Counted from the first letter of the stretch, positions 11,424 through 21,993 are shown. The stretch is 64,000 nt of DNA from an uncultured Clostridia bacterium (GCA_949948835.1 CATLHF010000008.1:10873-74872); one strand, 5' to 3'. Program-made: numbers and translations. Notes: generated by a model not told the origin, from the sequence alone.

Positions 11424-11783
11424 TTATTGTTTGTTTAAAGCTGTTGCCATATCGTATACAATTCCTGCAATAGTTGATGCAGCAAATACTAAAATTGCAC
11501 CTACTATATAAGGTATCATTGATTTTTTGTAATCTGCTTTTTCTTCTGCACTTCCCATCATGTATTTAATACCTAAGATTAATAGAATAACAACTGCAAC
11601 TAGAACACCTACTGTTCTAACAACACCGATAATCTTTCCACCTAAATCTGTAATAGCTGATACATTACTTGGATTTTGTGCCGTAAAACTGCTTGGTGTA
11701 ACGGTTGCAAATGAGCTTACACTAATCATAACAATTGCTAGTACAATGCATAATACTGTAACTATTTTACTTGTTTTTTTCAT
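11424..11783 (-). CDS. TrbC/VirB2-family pilin
   Basis: 119 aa, signal peptide plus two hydrophobic helices around 'LGIKYMMGSAEEKADYKKSMIPYIVGA'. Confidence 0.8.
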   Translation of the reverse strand: MKKTSKIVTVLCIVLAIVMISVSSFATVTPSSFTAQNPSNVSAITDLGGKIIGVVRTVGVLVAVVILLILGIKYMMGSAEEKADYKKSMIPYIVGAILVFAASTIAGIVYDMATALNKQ

Positions 11784-11954
11784 AATTTTCCTCCTATTAT
11801 GTTATATTTATTTTTCTATTTTAATCTTCTCATTACTTTGAGAGAATATTAAAAACTTGGTTTACACAGAGATTCCATCATATCCCTATATCTTATTATA
11901 ACTGGTTTTTCAGAATTTGTCTATACTTATTGTTAAAAATATTGTAAAATTTAT

Positions 11955-12326
11955 CTATTTTATGTTGTTTACTATAAGATCATATACCATTCCAATGATA
12001 TTTGGAATTGCAAATACCATAACAGCTCCTATTAAATAAGGCACCATTGCTTCTTTATAATTTGCCTTTTCCTCTGTACTTCCTATCATATATTTAATTC
12101 CTAATACCATTAGGATAATGACGGATATAAAAGTTCCTGCAAAACGAATTACTCCTAATACAATATTTGCTCTTTCAATAAATTTGGTATTTTGGCTTGC
12201 TACGTTTGTTCCTGGTTTATAAGTGCCCGGGTCTGTAATTGGGTCTGTAAAGGTTGCATAAACTTGACTATATGAAGTTAATAAAACCACAAATAGTATC
12301 ATGATTACCATTACTACTTTTTTCAT
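11955..12326 (-). CDS. TrbC/VirB2-family pilin paralog
   Basis: 123 aa, 'LGIKYMIGSTEEKANYKEAMVPYLIGA'. Confidence 0.8.
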   Translation of the reverse strand: MKKVVMVIMILFVVLLTSYSQVYATFTDPITDPGTYKPGTNVASQNTKFIERANIVLGVIRFAGTFISVIILMVLGIKYMIGSTEEKANYKEAMVPYLIGAVMVFAIPNIIGMVYDLIVNNIK

Positions 12327-12356
12327 ATTTCTTCCTCTTTCTTATTTCATTCTTTT

Positions 12357-13025
12357 TTAAGCAATTCCTCTAATTAGTAAAATAACAATTCTCCATATTG
12401 CAAAACCTGTAAATATAACAACACATCCTGCAATATATGGTACTAACGCTTCTTTTACTTTTGCTTTATCTTCTACACTAGACATCATAAATTTAACACC
12501 TAAATACATTCCAATTGCTACTGCTAAGAATATTCCAATGGATAGTAATAAATTATATAATGTTGATGATGCTTTTTCTAAATGCTCCCCACTAATGGTT
12601 GGATTTTTACTTCCTTGTTGTAAAAAGCTTTCTGCTTCTTTTATAATTTCATCTGGTGTGTGGGATGGAGATGCTCCAGACTCTCCTAATGTTCCTGTGG
12701 ATGACCCTGTACTTGCTGGATTGTTAGGAATATTTCCAGTATCTGAGCCATACGGTCCGCTATAAGGAGATTGTCCTGTTGCTTCACTTCCTGTTGTTGT
12801 ATACATACTAGAAGATGGTCCAACCTTAGTCCCGCTTGTCGTTGTTTCAGATGAATGAGGGTTTTGTACTGGTTTTGTAGTAGTGGTTGTAGTTTGTCCT
12901 CCTCCATATGCCGTTTCACTAGATCCAGTTCCTCCATACGCTGTCGCATAAGCACTTGTATGATATATTATTATTAAGCTAATCATTAGCATAATTACAA
13001 CAATTCTTTTTCTCATTGTTTCCAC
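12357..13025 (-). CDS. TrbC/VirB2-family pilin paralog with a long S/T/G/P-rich N-terminal extension
   Basis: 222 aa, C-terminal 'LGVKFMMSSVEDKAKVKEALVPYIAG', low-complexity linker after the signal peptide. Confidence 0.75.
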   Translation of the reverse strand: METMRKRIVVIMLMISLIIIYHTSAYATAYGGTGSSETAYGGGQTTTTTTKPVQNPHSSETTTSGTKVGPSSSMYTTTGSEATGQSPYSGPYGSDTGNIPNNPASTGSSTGTLGESGASPSHTPDEIIKEAESFLQQGSKNPTISGEHLEKASSTLYNLLLSIGIFLAVAIGMYLGVKFMMSSVEDKAKVKEALVPYIAGCVVIFTGFAIWRIVILLIRGIA

Positions 13026-13129
13026 CCCATCAATATATTCTCTTCCTATTGTACCTTATTTTTCCCTTTTTTTCAATGTTTGACAATATTTTCATTAAAA
13101 CGACATATGTTTGTAATTTTTATGAAATA

Positions 13130-14950
13130 TTATTTTTTTACTTTAATTAATTGAATCTGTGTTCCTTGGTTTTGTTTTACTTCATATAATGTGTCATTTT
13201 CTATTGTGTTTTCCTCAAAAATATTAGCATATTCTTCTCTTGCTTCAGGAGTTGCTCGATATACATACACGTGCGTATAATTTGCTTCTTTCATCGCTTG
13301 TATTAGGTTTTCTACATCTCCAATTGTTCCTGGAATAACTGCACTTATATTTAAGTGCATCATAGTATATTGGTTTAATGCTAATTGAATAATGCTGTTT
13401 CCCATATTTCTATTAGAAATATATAAGATTTTATCTTCTTCATCTAACTGGTTTTTGTATTTTATCATTTGTATATCCGTCCATCTATTGATATAGGAAG
13501 TTGTAATGTAATTTTTTTTATTTACGTATTTTTGTTGTATTGTTTGAAATGGCAGTAATATACAAATTAGTACTATTAATATAATAGTGGTGAATATGGT
13601 TGTTTTTTCTTCCAACAAGACAAAACTCAAAAACATCATATCTGCTATTACAATTGTAAAAATATATCGAGAAAAACTTGCTAATATTAATGCCTCATCT
13701 GTATCAAAAATAGTACAATACATCCATAACATTGTTATTAAGTATATAATTGTGCTAAGTAGAATACTAAATGCGTAATATCGGTATTGTTTCTTTTGTT
13801 GTTTTTCTATTTTATGATATTGAATCGCCATTAAAGCAAATATTCCTAATATCACAAAAGCTGTTGTGAAATTTCTTTGCGTAATGAATTTTCCTTTTAC
13901 AATAGCATTCATAAATTTTTGTGCAACTATTTGTATGAACTCTCCTGTTTGTTCTTGTTTTATATCTATATCATAAATTTTACTTAAATCCCACCTATGT
14001 TGTTGCTGTTGTACTTTTATATGCCATAAAGATAATAGTCCTACTACACAGATAATAACAATTATAAACATTTTTGCTTTTTTCTTTGTTTGCTCTTTTT
14101 CTTGTTTTCTTTCTAAAAGCAGTTTATATCCTATTATAAGAATTGCTAATAGTGCAAGTCCAATTCCCTGCGTTTTGGTTAACATGAGTATTGTCATTCC
14201 ACAAAAAATTTCTAGAAACTGAAATGGAATTTCTTGTTCTTTTCGATAAGAACTATATATTGTATAGGAAAATGCAATTCCTAAAATTCCATCTACTAAT
14301 ATATTCGTATAAAAATTAGCATAAAAAATGATTGGTAAAAATGCAATAATCATAGTAGCTAATACGATTCGTTTTACATCCTTTTCCCAAGTTATGTTTT
14401 TTGTTATTGGTATGATAATAGAAAAATATAAAATGTTTTGTGCCGTTATTATAACATCTTCTGTATATATTCCTTTTATTTGGATAAATAAATACTGAAA
14501 GATAGAAGTAAGTGGTGGATAATCATTAAAGGCTACGATTGATTCTGGATTAGTTCCATATGTATGATACCAAAACATGTTTTTAATCATAATACCCCAG
14601 TGATTGTATTCGTCATAATCTTCAAAGATTCTTCCTTTATTTAGAATAATACTAAGGATAAATAGTCCCACATAAATAGCAAACCCTGGTGTTAAGATTT
14701 GTTTTATAATTGGGATTATCTTGTCGGTTTTTTTGGCAAGATATATCGCTATAAAGATTAACTGTACTAATGTACTAATACATACCATTAATACCCCTAA
14801 ACTTAAGTTATCGAATAGCCCCGTTATATAAATTATAAGAATAATCTCTAATACAGCAATTGGGATTACTTGTTCAATTTTCTTTTTAAAAATGATAGTA
14901 AGTGTAACAGCTGTAATAAATAAAACAAAGAACACATATAAGAATTCCAT
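13130..14950 (-). CDS. Polytopic membrane protein, probable GT-C fold glycosyltransferase
   Basis: ~606 aa, more than 12 TM helices, early loop 'YDEYNHWG...DYPP', adjacent to a GT2 gene. Confidence 0.6.
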   Translation of the reverse strand: MEFLYVFFVLFITAVTLTIIFKKKIEQVIPIAVLEIILIIYITGLFDNLSLGVLMVCISTLVQLIFIAIYLAKKTDKIIPIIKQILTPGFAIYVGLFILSIILNKGRIFEDYDEYNHWGIMIKNMFWYHTYGTNPESIVAFNDYPPLTSIFQYLFIQIKGIYTEDVIITAQNILYFSIIIPITKNITWEKDVKRIVLATMIIAFLPIIFYANFYTNILVDGILGIAFSYTIYSSYRKEQEIPFQFLEIFCGMTILMLTKTQGIGLALLAILIIGYKLLLERKQEKEQTKKKAKMFIIVIICVVGLLSLWHIKVQQQQHRWDLSKIYDIDIKQEQTGEFIQIVAQKFMNAIVKGKFITQRNFTTAFVILGIFALMAIQYHKIEKQQKKQYRYYAFSILLSTIIYLITMLWMYCTIFDTDEALILASFSRYIFTIVIADMMFLSFVLLEEKTTIFTTIILIVLICILLPFQTIQQKYVNKKNYITTSYINRWTDIQMIKYKNQLDEEDKILYISNRNMGNSIIQLALNQYTMMHLNISAVIPGTIGDVENLIQAMKEANYTHVYVYRATPEAREEYANIFEENTIENDTLYEVKQNQGTQIQLIKVKK

Positions 14951-14972
14951 ATTTCCTCTCTTTCTATTGCTA

Positions 14973-15653
14973 TCAATCTTTTTTATAGGCAAGCATATTT
15001 TTCAGAATTTGTATTGAATGTGTAATTGGTTTATAATTCGACTTTATTTTTTTACTATATATTGTGTTGATTTCTACTTGCTTTATTTCTACTTTATTAA
15101 CAATGTTTTGTAACATATTCATTTCATATTCAAAACGCTCACCTTTTATTGATACGATTTGTTTTAGAATTGAATTTGGTATTCCTCGTAACCCACTTTG
15201 TGTATCTTGCAATTTTTTTCTTGTTTTTAAATAGAACAAGATGTTACTACTATAATTTCCAATTTTATTTTTTAATGGTACCTGTTTTTGTTTAAAGTCT
15301 CTTACTCCTAAAATGAACTTACTTGGATTTTTTTGTAAGGTGTTTTTTATGTTTTGTATATCTTGTATCATATGTTGACCGTCTGCATCAGCAGTAACAA
15401 CACCAATACATTTTGGGCACTCTTTTAAAACATATTCAAATGCCGTTTTTAGTGCTTGTCCTTTTCCTTTGTTTTTGTCATGTGTTATGATAAGGACATC
15501 ATTGTTTATTTGTTTAAAATAGTCTTTATTTTCTGAGCCATCATCTACTATAATTATTTCATTACCTAATTTTTTTAATTCCTGAACTAATTGTACTAAA
15601 TGGAAATCTGGATTGTAGGCAGGAATAATAATCAAATTTTTTTCTTCCATCAT
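14973..15653 (-). CDS. GT2 glycosyltransferase (DPM1/GtrB-like)
   Basis: IIIPAYNP, IIVDDGS, NKGKGQALK, TADADGQH, DTQSGLRG, RFEYEM motifs. Confidence 0.9.
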   Translation of the reverse strand: MMEEKNLIIIPAYNPDFHLVQLVQELKKLGNEIIIVDDGSENKDYFKQINNDVLIITHDKNKGKGQALKTAFEYVLKECPKCIGVVTADADGQHMIQDIQNIKNTLQKNPSKFILGVRDFKQKQVPLKNKIGNYSSNILFYLKTRKKLQDTQSGLRGIPNSILKQIVSIKGERFEYEMNMLQNIVNKVEIKQVEINTIYSKKIKSNYKPITHSIQILKNMLAYKKD

Positions 15654-15750
15654 TTATATCCTTTTTTGAATTTACTTTATTATATATTTCCTATTAATAA
15701 AAAGCAAGGTATCATTGGCATCTATTTAACCGTATCTACCAATTATACCT

Positions 15751-15939
15751 TTACTCTTTTTTCTTATTTTCTTTTTCATCTTTTTGTTTTATGTCTTGAT
15801 ATGTACTTTCTTGCATATAGTATTTTGCAATTAGTTCATCTAGCTCTACACTAATTTTATATATTTTATCATAATCGTCATTATTTTTAATGCTTTCGTT
15901 TAACTCGTCTCTTTTTTTACAAATTTCATCATTTAGCAT
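15751..15939 (-). CDS. Spo0E-like aspartyl-phosphate phosphatase
   Basis: 62 aa, 'KRDELN...IYKISVELDELIAKYY' (SxELDxLI motif), GGAG RBS. Confidence 0.75.
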   Translation of the reverse strand: MLNDEICKKRDELNESIKNNDDYDKIYKISVELDELIAKYYMQESTYQDIKQKDEKENKKKE

Positions 15940-16174
15940 ACTACCACTCTCCTTTTTTTGGCATTTTTTCTTCCTGTTACAACAAAAATACCACATTTTT
16001 ACACCATCGTCAACAAATAATCTCTAATTTTGTAGAGAATCGTACGACGTTTTTAGATGATTCTTGCTGTTATTGGTCTTATTTTCCTATTTTTGTTACT
16101 TTTTCGCCAAGAAACGGCAAAAAGCATCCTACCCCTATATGGAGCAGGATGTTTCTTTTTTGCTATCTGTTTGA

Positions 16175-16330
16175 TTATCTACTTTTAATTGCTGTTACGA
16201 AAAATACAATGATACAAACAATAAGTAAAATTGCAATTCCTATTAACACAGGGCTTCCAGATGTTAAAAATTCGCCTATAGTAGCAAGCATCATCAAAAC
16301 AATAGCGATTGCACCTAAAATTTTAGCCAT
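16175..16330 (-). CDS. Small two-TM membrane protein (51 aa; not in the ORF track)
   Basis: GGAGG RBS; MAKILGAIAIVLMMLATIGEFLTSGSPVLIGIAILLIVCIIVFFVTAIKSR. Confidence 0.6.
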   Translation of the reverse strand: MAKILGAIAIVLMMLATIGEFLTSGSPVLIGIAILLIVCIIVFFVTAIKSR

Positions 16331-16390
16331 TTTTTCCTCCAAGGTATATCACCTTTGTTGCTATGAATTGGTTTCTTTCTATATTATACC

Positions 16391-17171
16391 TTATTTTTCT
16401 TGTTTTTTCAATATTAACATAATACTAATTGCTAAAATGAACAAAATAATTGATACAATTTGTGAAATTCGAAATATTCCTAGCATTAAACTATCGGTTC
16501 TTAATGCTTCTATAAAGAAGCGTATAAAAGCATATAAAATAAAGTACCAACACATAACTTGTCCGCTATATTTTCTGTTTTTTGAAATCTTAATTAAGAT
16601 TAAGAATATTAAGAAATCGGCAATAGATTCGTAAAGAAACGTTGGATGTACATATTGTACTCCCATGTTTGTTTCTAGTCCCATTTTCCATGGAAGATTT
16701 GTAATACTTCCATAAGCTTCTCCATTTATAAAGTTTCCCCATCTTCCAACACTTTGCCCGAAGTGCTAAATATGGAATTATATAATCTGCTAAATCTAAA
16801 AAAGAGATTTTTCTTTTTTTACAAAAAATGTATGCGCTAATTGCTCCTCCTAGAATTCCCCCATAAATGGCAAGTCCCCCATCTTTTATATTGATCATTT
16901 GTAAAAAACTACTATAGTTTTTAAGATTAAATACCACATAATAAATCCTAGCACATACAAAACTTACTGGTATTAGGATTAAACTTAAATCTAGAATGTC
17001 TTCATAATGGATTCCAAATGTTCCACTTTTTTTATAATACATAAATAGGGCAAGTGCTATGCTTGCCACGATAAATATGGCATACCAGTATACAGGTATG
17101 CCGAAAATATGAAATGCAATTGGATTGATATTTAATGTTACATTGAACATTGGAATTGTAATGTTCTTCAT
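16391..17171 (-). CDS. lgt: Prolipoprotein diacylglyceryl transferase; ~259 aa via +1 shift at CGGG 16757-16760
   Basis: GGLAIYGG motif; skipping the C gives ALGQSVGRWGNFINGEAYG (Lgt signature) and continues into HPTFLYES and RFFIEALR. Confidence 0.9.
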
Positions 17172-18443
17172 TTAAACTCCTTTTACTATCGATACTACCA
17201 TTTTATTTATATCAAATACTTCTTTTAATACTTGTTCTAAATATTCTAATGTTACATTGTTATATTCTTCTAAATAGTCGAAGCTATTGATTCCTTTAAA
17301 GTAATCAGATAAGAACATTCTTGCAATATTGCTTACATCATTATACTGGCTTACATATTCTCCATAAATTTTCTTTTTAATTCTTTCAAAATGTTCTTTG
17401 TTTAATCCACTTGTTTTGTATTTTCCGATTTGTGTTTTTAACATTTCTACTACTTTTTGTGGATTTTTTGCTCCACCTGAAATTAATACATGGGCATGAT
17501 GTTTTGAAAACTCATAATCAAGTAAGGGTTGTGAAATGATATCTCCATTGTTATATAAATTTTGGTATCCTTCTGAGCTTTTTCCAAGTAACATGTATAA
17601 TAAAATTTGGATGGCAATATTTTTCTTTACCATATTATCTTTTCCTGGCTTATCTTTAAATCCAATTGCAAAAATTGGCATGCTAACTTCCATAGTAACT
17701 GTTTTTTGTGGCTCTACTATTTCTTCTGGCTCTGCATCATAAATTCTTTCTACCTCTTTTTGATTAGTTGTTTTCGTAATTCTTTTTTTCACTTCTTCTA
17801 ACATTTCTTCTGGATTAATATCTCCGCAAACTACTAGTAACATATTGGATAAATCGTAAAAATTGTTGTAAGATTTATATAACACATCTTTATCGATTTT
17901 AGAAATGGATTCAATACTTCCTGCAATATCAATATTGATTGGGTTTACATGATACATCAATTTCATAGCATTCATATATACTTGCCATTCTGGGTCGTCT
18001 TCATACATGTTAATTTCTTGCCCAATAATTCCTTTTTCTTTTTCTACATTTTCATCGGTAAAATATGGGTTTTGTACATAATTCATTAATTCGTCTAATG
18101 CTTCATAGAAATTTGAAGTTGCTTCAAACAAGTATGCTGTATGGTCGTGAGTTGTATAGGCATTAGCATCTACCCCAAGGCCAGATAGTACGTCTAGGCT
18201 ATTAGTTCCATTTTCTTGTTCAAATAGTTTGTGCTCTAAAAAATGAGCTACCCCATCTGGAATGTATATTTCTTGTTGGTCTTGTTTTACTTTAAAATGA
18301 TTATCCATTGAGCCAAAATTGGTTCCCCAAATGACATACTTTTTTAATGTATCTTTTTTGGGAATCAGCATAACGGTTAAGCCATTTTCTAGCTTTTCTA
18401 TATAGGTTTCTTCTTTTACTTTCAAATTTTTAATGACTTGCAT
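17172..18443 (-). CDS. M16 family zinc peptidase (YmfH-like)
   Basis: PDGVAHFLEHKLFE (HxxEH), ANAYT, KEKGIIGQEI. Confidence 0.9.
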   Translation of the reverse strand: MQVIKNLKVKEETYIEKLENGLTVMLIPKKDTLKKYVIWGTNFGSMDNHFKVKQDQQEIYIPDGVAHFLEHKLFEQENGTNSLDVLSGLGVDANAYTTHDHTAYLFEATSNFYEALDELMNYVQNPYFTDENVEKEKGIIGQEINMYEDDPEWQVYMNAMKLMYHVNPINIDIAGSIESISKIDKDVLYKSYNNFYDLSNMLLVVCGDINPEEMLEEVKKRITKTTNQKEVERIYDAEPEEIVEPQKTVTMEVSMPIFAIGFKDKPGKDNMVKKNIAIQILLYMLLGKSSEGYQNLYNNGDIISQPLLDYEFSKHHAHVLISGGAKNPQKVVEMLKTQIGKYKTSGLNKEHFERIKKKIYGEYVSQYNDVSNIARMFLSDYFKGINSFDYLEEYNNVTLEYLEQVLKEVFDINKMVVSIVKGV

Positions 18444-18448
18444 CCTTC

Positions 18449-19723
18449 TTATTCCTCCTTACCTGTTAAGAAATAAATGGTGTGTATGGTGACTTTTTTT
18501 GCCATATTTACGACTTGTTCTTTGCAAATGGTATCTACTTTTTTCTTGTATTCTTCTGGTGATACCACTTCACCAGTAAATTCTTGTCCAAAGTAGTAAC
18601 TAATTTGTGTATCTTGTTCATCTGGTATAAAGTCTATGGTTGAAATGATGCTACGTTTTGCATTGTTTAAGTCTTCCTCTGAAAATTCACCATGTTTCAT
18701 GTCTTCTAATTGTTGTTTAATGATATCAATTGCTTTTTGTTTATTTTTTATTTCAATTCCGCAACGAATAAAGATATTACTTTTTTGTCTAATATAATTA
18801 GAACCAGCAGTATAGGCTAAACTTGCTTTTTCCCTTACGTTTTGGAACAGTTTTGAATTAGCTCCTCCTCCTAATATGGTGTTATAAACAAGTGTAATAT
18901 ATTTATCATCTAAGGTTTCTTCTCTTACATTTAATCCGATAACTAGTTTTCCTTGGGTAATGTCCATTTCTTCACTTATTTCATTTGGTTTCGTTCCTTC
19001 TTCTATTGTTTCATTTTTGGTCATTTCTACTTGTCTTTTTTCTAATGTTTGAATTTGTTTGTTTTGTAAAATTACTTCTTGAATTTTTGCTTCTTCTATT
19101 TTTCCAGAAACAAATATATCAATTTTTGCATTTTGTATCATTGTTGTATAGCTACTATATAACTCTTGTGGAGTAACAGATGCCAAATCTTCTACATAGC
19201 CATATTTATATAATCCATAAGGTTTATCTTGGTACATTTCTTCGATACAACGGTCTAAAGCATATCTCCCTTTATTATCAATTTTCCCTTCAATAATTTG
19301 TTTCAAATTATCTTTTTCCATTGCTACATATTCATCTTTAAATGCTCCCTTTTCTGTTAGGGGATTGAATACAATATCACATAACATATCAATTGCTTTT
19401 TTTAAGATTTCTTCTGATGAAGGTAAAAATTCCTCATTAATGGTTTCTAAATAAAATTTTAGAACATGGCTATCTCCCATTTTTTCAATTCCACAGTCAA
19501 AAGATGCTCCATACATTTCTTCTAAAGCAATGCTCATTTCTTCTGATGTTTTGTAATTTGTAGAACCTCTTCTTAAAACAGCAGAAATTAATGCCTCTTT
19601 TGTGATGGTTTCTCTTTTAAGAGGTAGCGTTAAAAATATGGATATTAAGTTGGTTTTAAATTTATTGTTTCGAATGACATGAAGGTTAATTCCTTCTTTT
19701 AGTTGCTCTTTTTTATAATTCAT
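18449..19723 (-). CDS. M16 family non-catalytic partner (YmfF-like)
   Basis: KFKT, LEEMYGA, ILGGGANSKLFQNVREKASLAY; start placed behind a GGAGG RBS. Confidence 0.88.
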   Translation of the reverse strand: MNYKKEQLKEGINLHVIRNNKFKTNLISIFLTLPLKRETITKEALISAVLRRGSTNYKTSEEMSIALEEMYGASFDCGIEKMGDSHVLKFYLETINEEFLPSSEEILKKAIDMLCDIVFNPLTEKGAFKDEYVAMEKDNLKQIIEGKIDNKGRYALDRCIEEMYQDKPYGLYKYGYVEDLASVTPQELYSSYTTMIQNAKIDIFVSGKIEEAKIQEVILQNKQIQTLEKRQVEMTKNETIEEGTKPNEISEEMDITQGKLVIGLNVREETLDDKYITLVYNTILGGGANSKLFQNVREKASLAYTAGSNYIRQKSNIFIRCGIEIKNKQKAIDIIKQQLEDMKHGEFSEEDLNNAKRSIISTIDFIPDEQDTQISYYFGQEFTGEVVSPEEYKKKVDTICKEQVVNMAKKVTIHTIYFLTGKEE

Positions 19724-19850
19724 AATGTCCTCCTTTGTTTTGATTTCCATATTAATTAGTATAGTATATTTTGGAAATATTATACAATCAATTTTAAGGA
19801 CTGATGGAGAGTTCTTTAAGATGATTTTTACCCCTGTCCCTAAAATCATC

Positions 19851-20291
19851 TTACCCTAATAATTCTTTTACGACTTCGTTTATGGTTTTTCCGTCTGCTG
19901 ATGCTCCCATTTTTGCTTTTGCTTCTTTCATGATGATTCCCATTTCTTTCATGGTTGTTGCTCCTGTTTGTTCGATGATTTGTTTCACAATTGTTGTAAT
20001 TTCTTCTTTTGATAGTTGTTTTGGTAAATATTCTGCTAATATTTCAATTTCTTTTTTTACACCAGAAATTAAATCTTCTCTTCCGCTTTTTTCGAAATCT
20101 GCAAGGGAATCTTTTCTTTTTTTAGATTCTTTTGCAATAATATCTAAAACTTGATTATCTTCTAATGTAATTCCTTTATCTTTTTCTACTTGTAAAATGG
20201 CTGCTCTTACCATTTGTACAGTATTTTTCTTAATTTCATCTTTTTCCTTCATAGCACTTTTTAAGTCTTCTAATAATTTTTCTTTTAACAT
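19851..20291 (-). CDS. yqeY: GatB/YqeY domain protein
   Basis: LKSAMKEKD, KESKKRKDS, YLPKQLS, MGIIMK, ADGK. Confidence 0.9.
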   Translation of the reverse strand: MLKEKLLEDLKSAMKEKDEIKKNTVQMVRAAILQVEKDKGITLEDNQVLDIIAKESKKRKDSLADFEKSGREDLISGVKKEIEILAEYLPKQLSKEEITTIVKQIIEQTGATTMKEMGIIMKEAKAKMGASADGKTINEVVKELLG

Positions 20292-20315
20292 TGGTTTTTT
20301 CCTCCCTTATTTTTA

Positions 20316-21752
20316 TTATTGAATTTCATAAATTTCAAATTCTTCTATTTCGCCTATTTTGTTATAGTGTCCACGAATATAGTCTGTTATTTTATCCGAT
20401 TCTTGCCAATAATTTTCTTTGGTTAATAAAATTTGGTATCCTTTTTTGTTTTTAATTTCTTCTAACATTGCATCTTCTCCGCCATAACCCAAATTTCCCA
20501 AAAATGGCAAATCCATTGCTCCATTACTTCGTTTTTTAGGAATGTTATATAAGGCTGCTTCTTTTGAAAAAATGATTACTTTTTCGTTGTTTTTCTGGAT
20601 ATATTCATTAACACAATTAATTTTACTCTCCATTTCTTTTAATAAAATTCCACCATAATATGGGTTTTGATAGTTTGTTGTAAATGGATTGTTTTTTATT
20701 ATCACAATTCCTGCTTTTATTCCTAATATGGTAAGTACAATTATAATAAATAAAATAATGTAATGAGCCATCTTTTTGGTTAGTTCTTGTTTTAGTACGA
20801 TATCAACCAAATACATTAATAATATGGCTAGTACTACAATAGCAAGTATGGTATGAAATGCATTAATGATTGGATAAATGATTGCTATCATTGGAATTCC
20901 AATTGATAGAAATATTGTTATAATCCTTTTTTGTTCTTCATTTGCAATTTTTCTTTGCATATAAATTGCACAGATTACGGTTATAATGGCAATTCCAAGA
21001 TGAACAATACATTCTATTTCCATTGCTATATTTCTTGTTCCAAATTCACCGATTCCTAAAAATGCATAATTAATAAATGATAGTATATTTCCATGATATG
21101 CAAAATAGCCAAATGTTATTATAGATAATGTTGCTACAACTGCTGTTTGTTTTAGTAGGTCAATATATGTTTTTTTGTTGTTTTTACCAATTAATAATTG
21201 CATTAGGATACTTCCTAAAAGATAATATACTCCAATGTTTTGTTTTGTAAATAGAACTAGATATATGATAATACCATTTCCTATGATAAATGGTTTTTTA
21301 TCAAAATCATATTTTAGCGAAATATACGTTCCTAATAACACAAATACAACAGCTAATATATTATAATTTGCTCCTCCTGTTATACATAAGTATGCAAAAT
21401 AGTGAATGATTAATGTATATAATAAAGCATATGTTTTTTCTATTTTTACCTGCTTTAAGATGATATATACCATAAAAATCATACTTGTGTAAATACATAC
21501 ATCAAATAATCGGTAGATAAAATAGTTTGCTCCAAATATTTTTAAAATAATTTCTCCTATCCAGAAAAAGATAGGGGTTATAATAACATTCGAATCTTGG
21601 TAAATCATGAAGCCTTGTATCATTTTATAAATATTTTGAAAATTCCATAGTTCATCTCCTACTGAAATTTTAACTTGAAAAATAGAAAGTGCTGAAAAAA
21701 TTGCAATTCCTATCCATAACAATAGATTATCGTGTTTTTTTATTTTTTCCAT
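20316..21752 (-). CDS. Polytopic membrane protein, possible GT-C glycosyltransferase
   Basis: 478 aa, more than 10 TM helices, 'DELWNF...YQD...TP' loop, 'FTKQNIG'. Confidence 0.6.
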   Translation of the reverse strand: MEKIKKHDNLLLWIGIAIFSALSIFQVKISVGDELWNFQNIYKMIQGFMIYQDSNVIITPIFFWIGEIILKIFGANYFIYRLFDVCIYTSMIFMVYIILKQVKIEKTYALLYTLIIHYFAYLCITGGANYNILAVVFVLLGTYISLKYDFDKKPFIIGNGIIIYLVLFTKQNIGVYYLLGSILMQLLIGKNNKKTYIDLLKQTAVVATLSIITFGYFAYHGNILSFINYAFLGIGEFGTRNIAMEIECIVHLGIAIITVICAIYMQRKIANEEQKRIITIFLSIGIPMIAIIYPIINAFHTILAIVVLAILLMYLVDIVLKQELTKKMAHYIILFIIIVLTILGIKAGIVIIKNNPFTTNYQNPYYGGILLKEMESKINCVNEYIQKNNEKVIIFSKEAALYNIPKKRSNGAMDLPFLGNLGYGGEDAMLEEIKNKKGYQILLTKENYWQESDKITDYIRGHYNKIGEIEEFEIYEIQ

Positions 21753-21770
21753 ATTTCTTCCTTTTTATTT

Positions 21771-21809
21771 TAAAGGCGCTTTCCTACTATGGAAAAGCGC
21801 CTCTTTTTT
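21771..21809 (-). terminator. Terminator hairpin downstream of rpsU
   Basis: AGGCGCTTTTCC-tactat-GGAAAAGCGCCT. Confidence 0.7.
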
Positions 21810-21822
21810 ATGTATTATTTTA

Positions 21823-21993
21823 TTAAAATTTTCTTTTTCTTGCAGCCTCTGATTTTTTCTTTCTTTTCACACTAGGTTTTTCGTAATGTTCTCTTTTACG
21901 AACCTCTTGTAAAACTCCATTTCTGGCACATTGTCTTTTAAATCTCTTTAAAGCATCTTCTATATTTCCATTATTAACTTTTACCTCTGACAT
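21823..21993 (-). CDS. rpsU: 30S ribosomal protein S21 (not in the ORF track)
   Basis: [56 protein letters not shown], with GGAGGGG RBS. Confidence 0.95.
   Translation of the reverse strand: MSEVKVNNGNIEDALKRFKRQCARNGVLQEVRKREHYEKPSVKRKKKSEAARKRKF

Noticed and set aside
16149-16634. 161-aa plus-strand ORF
   Set aside because: Antisense to the lgt 3' end and to a small RBS-led membrane protein gene.
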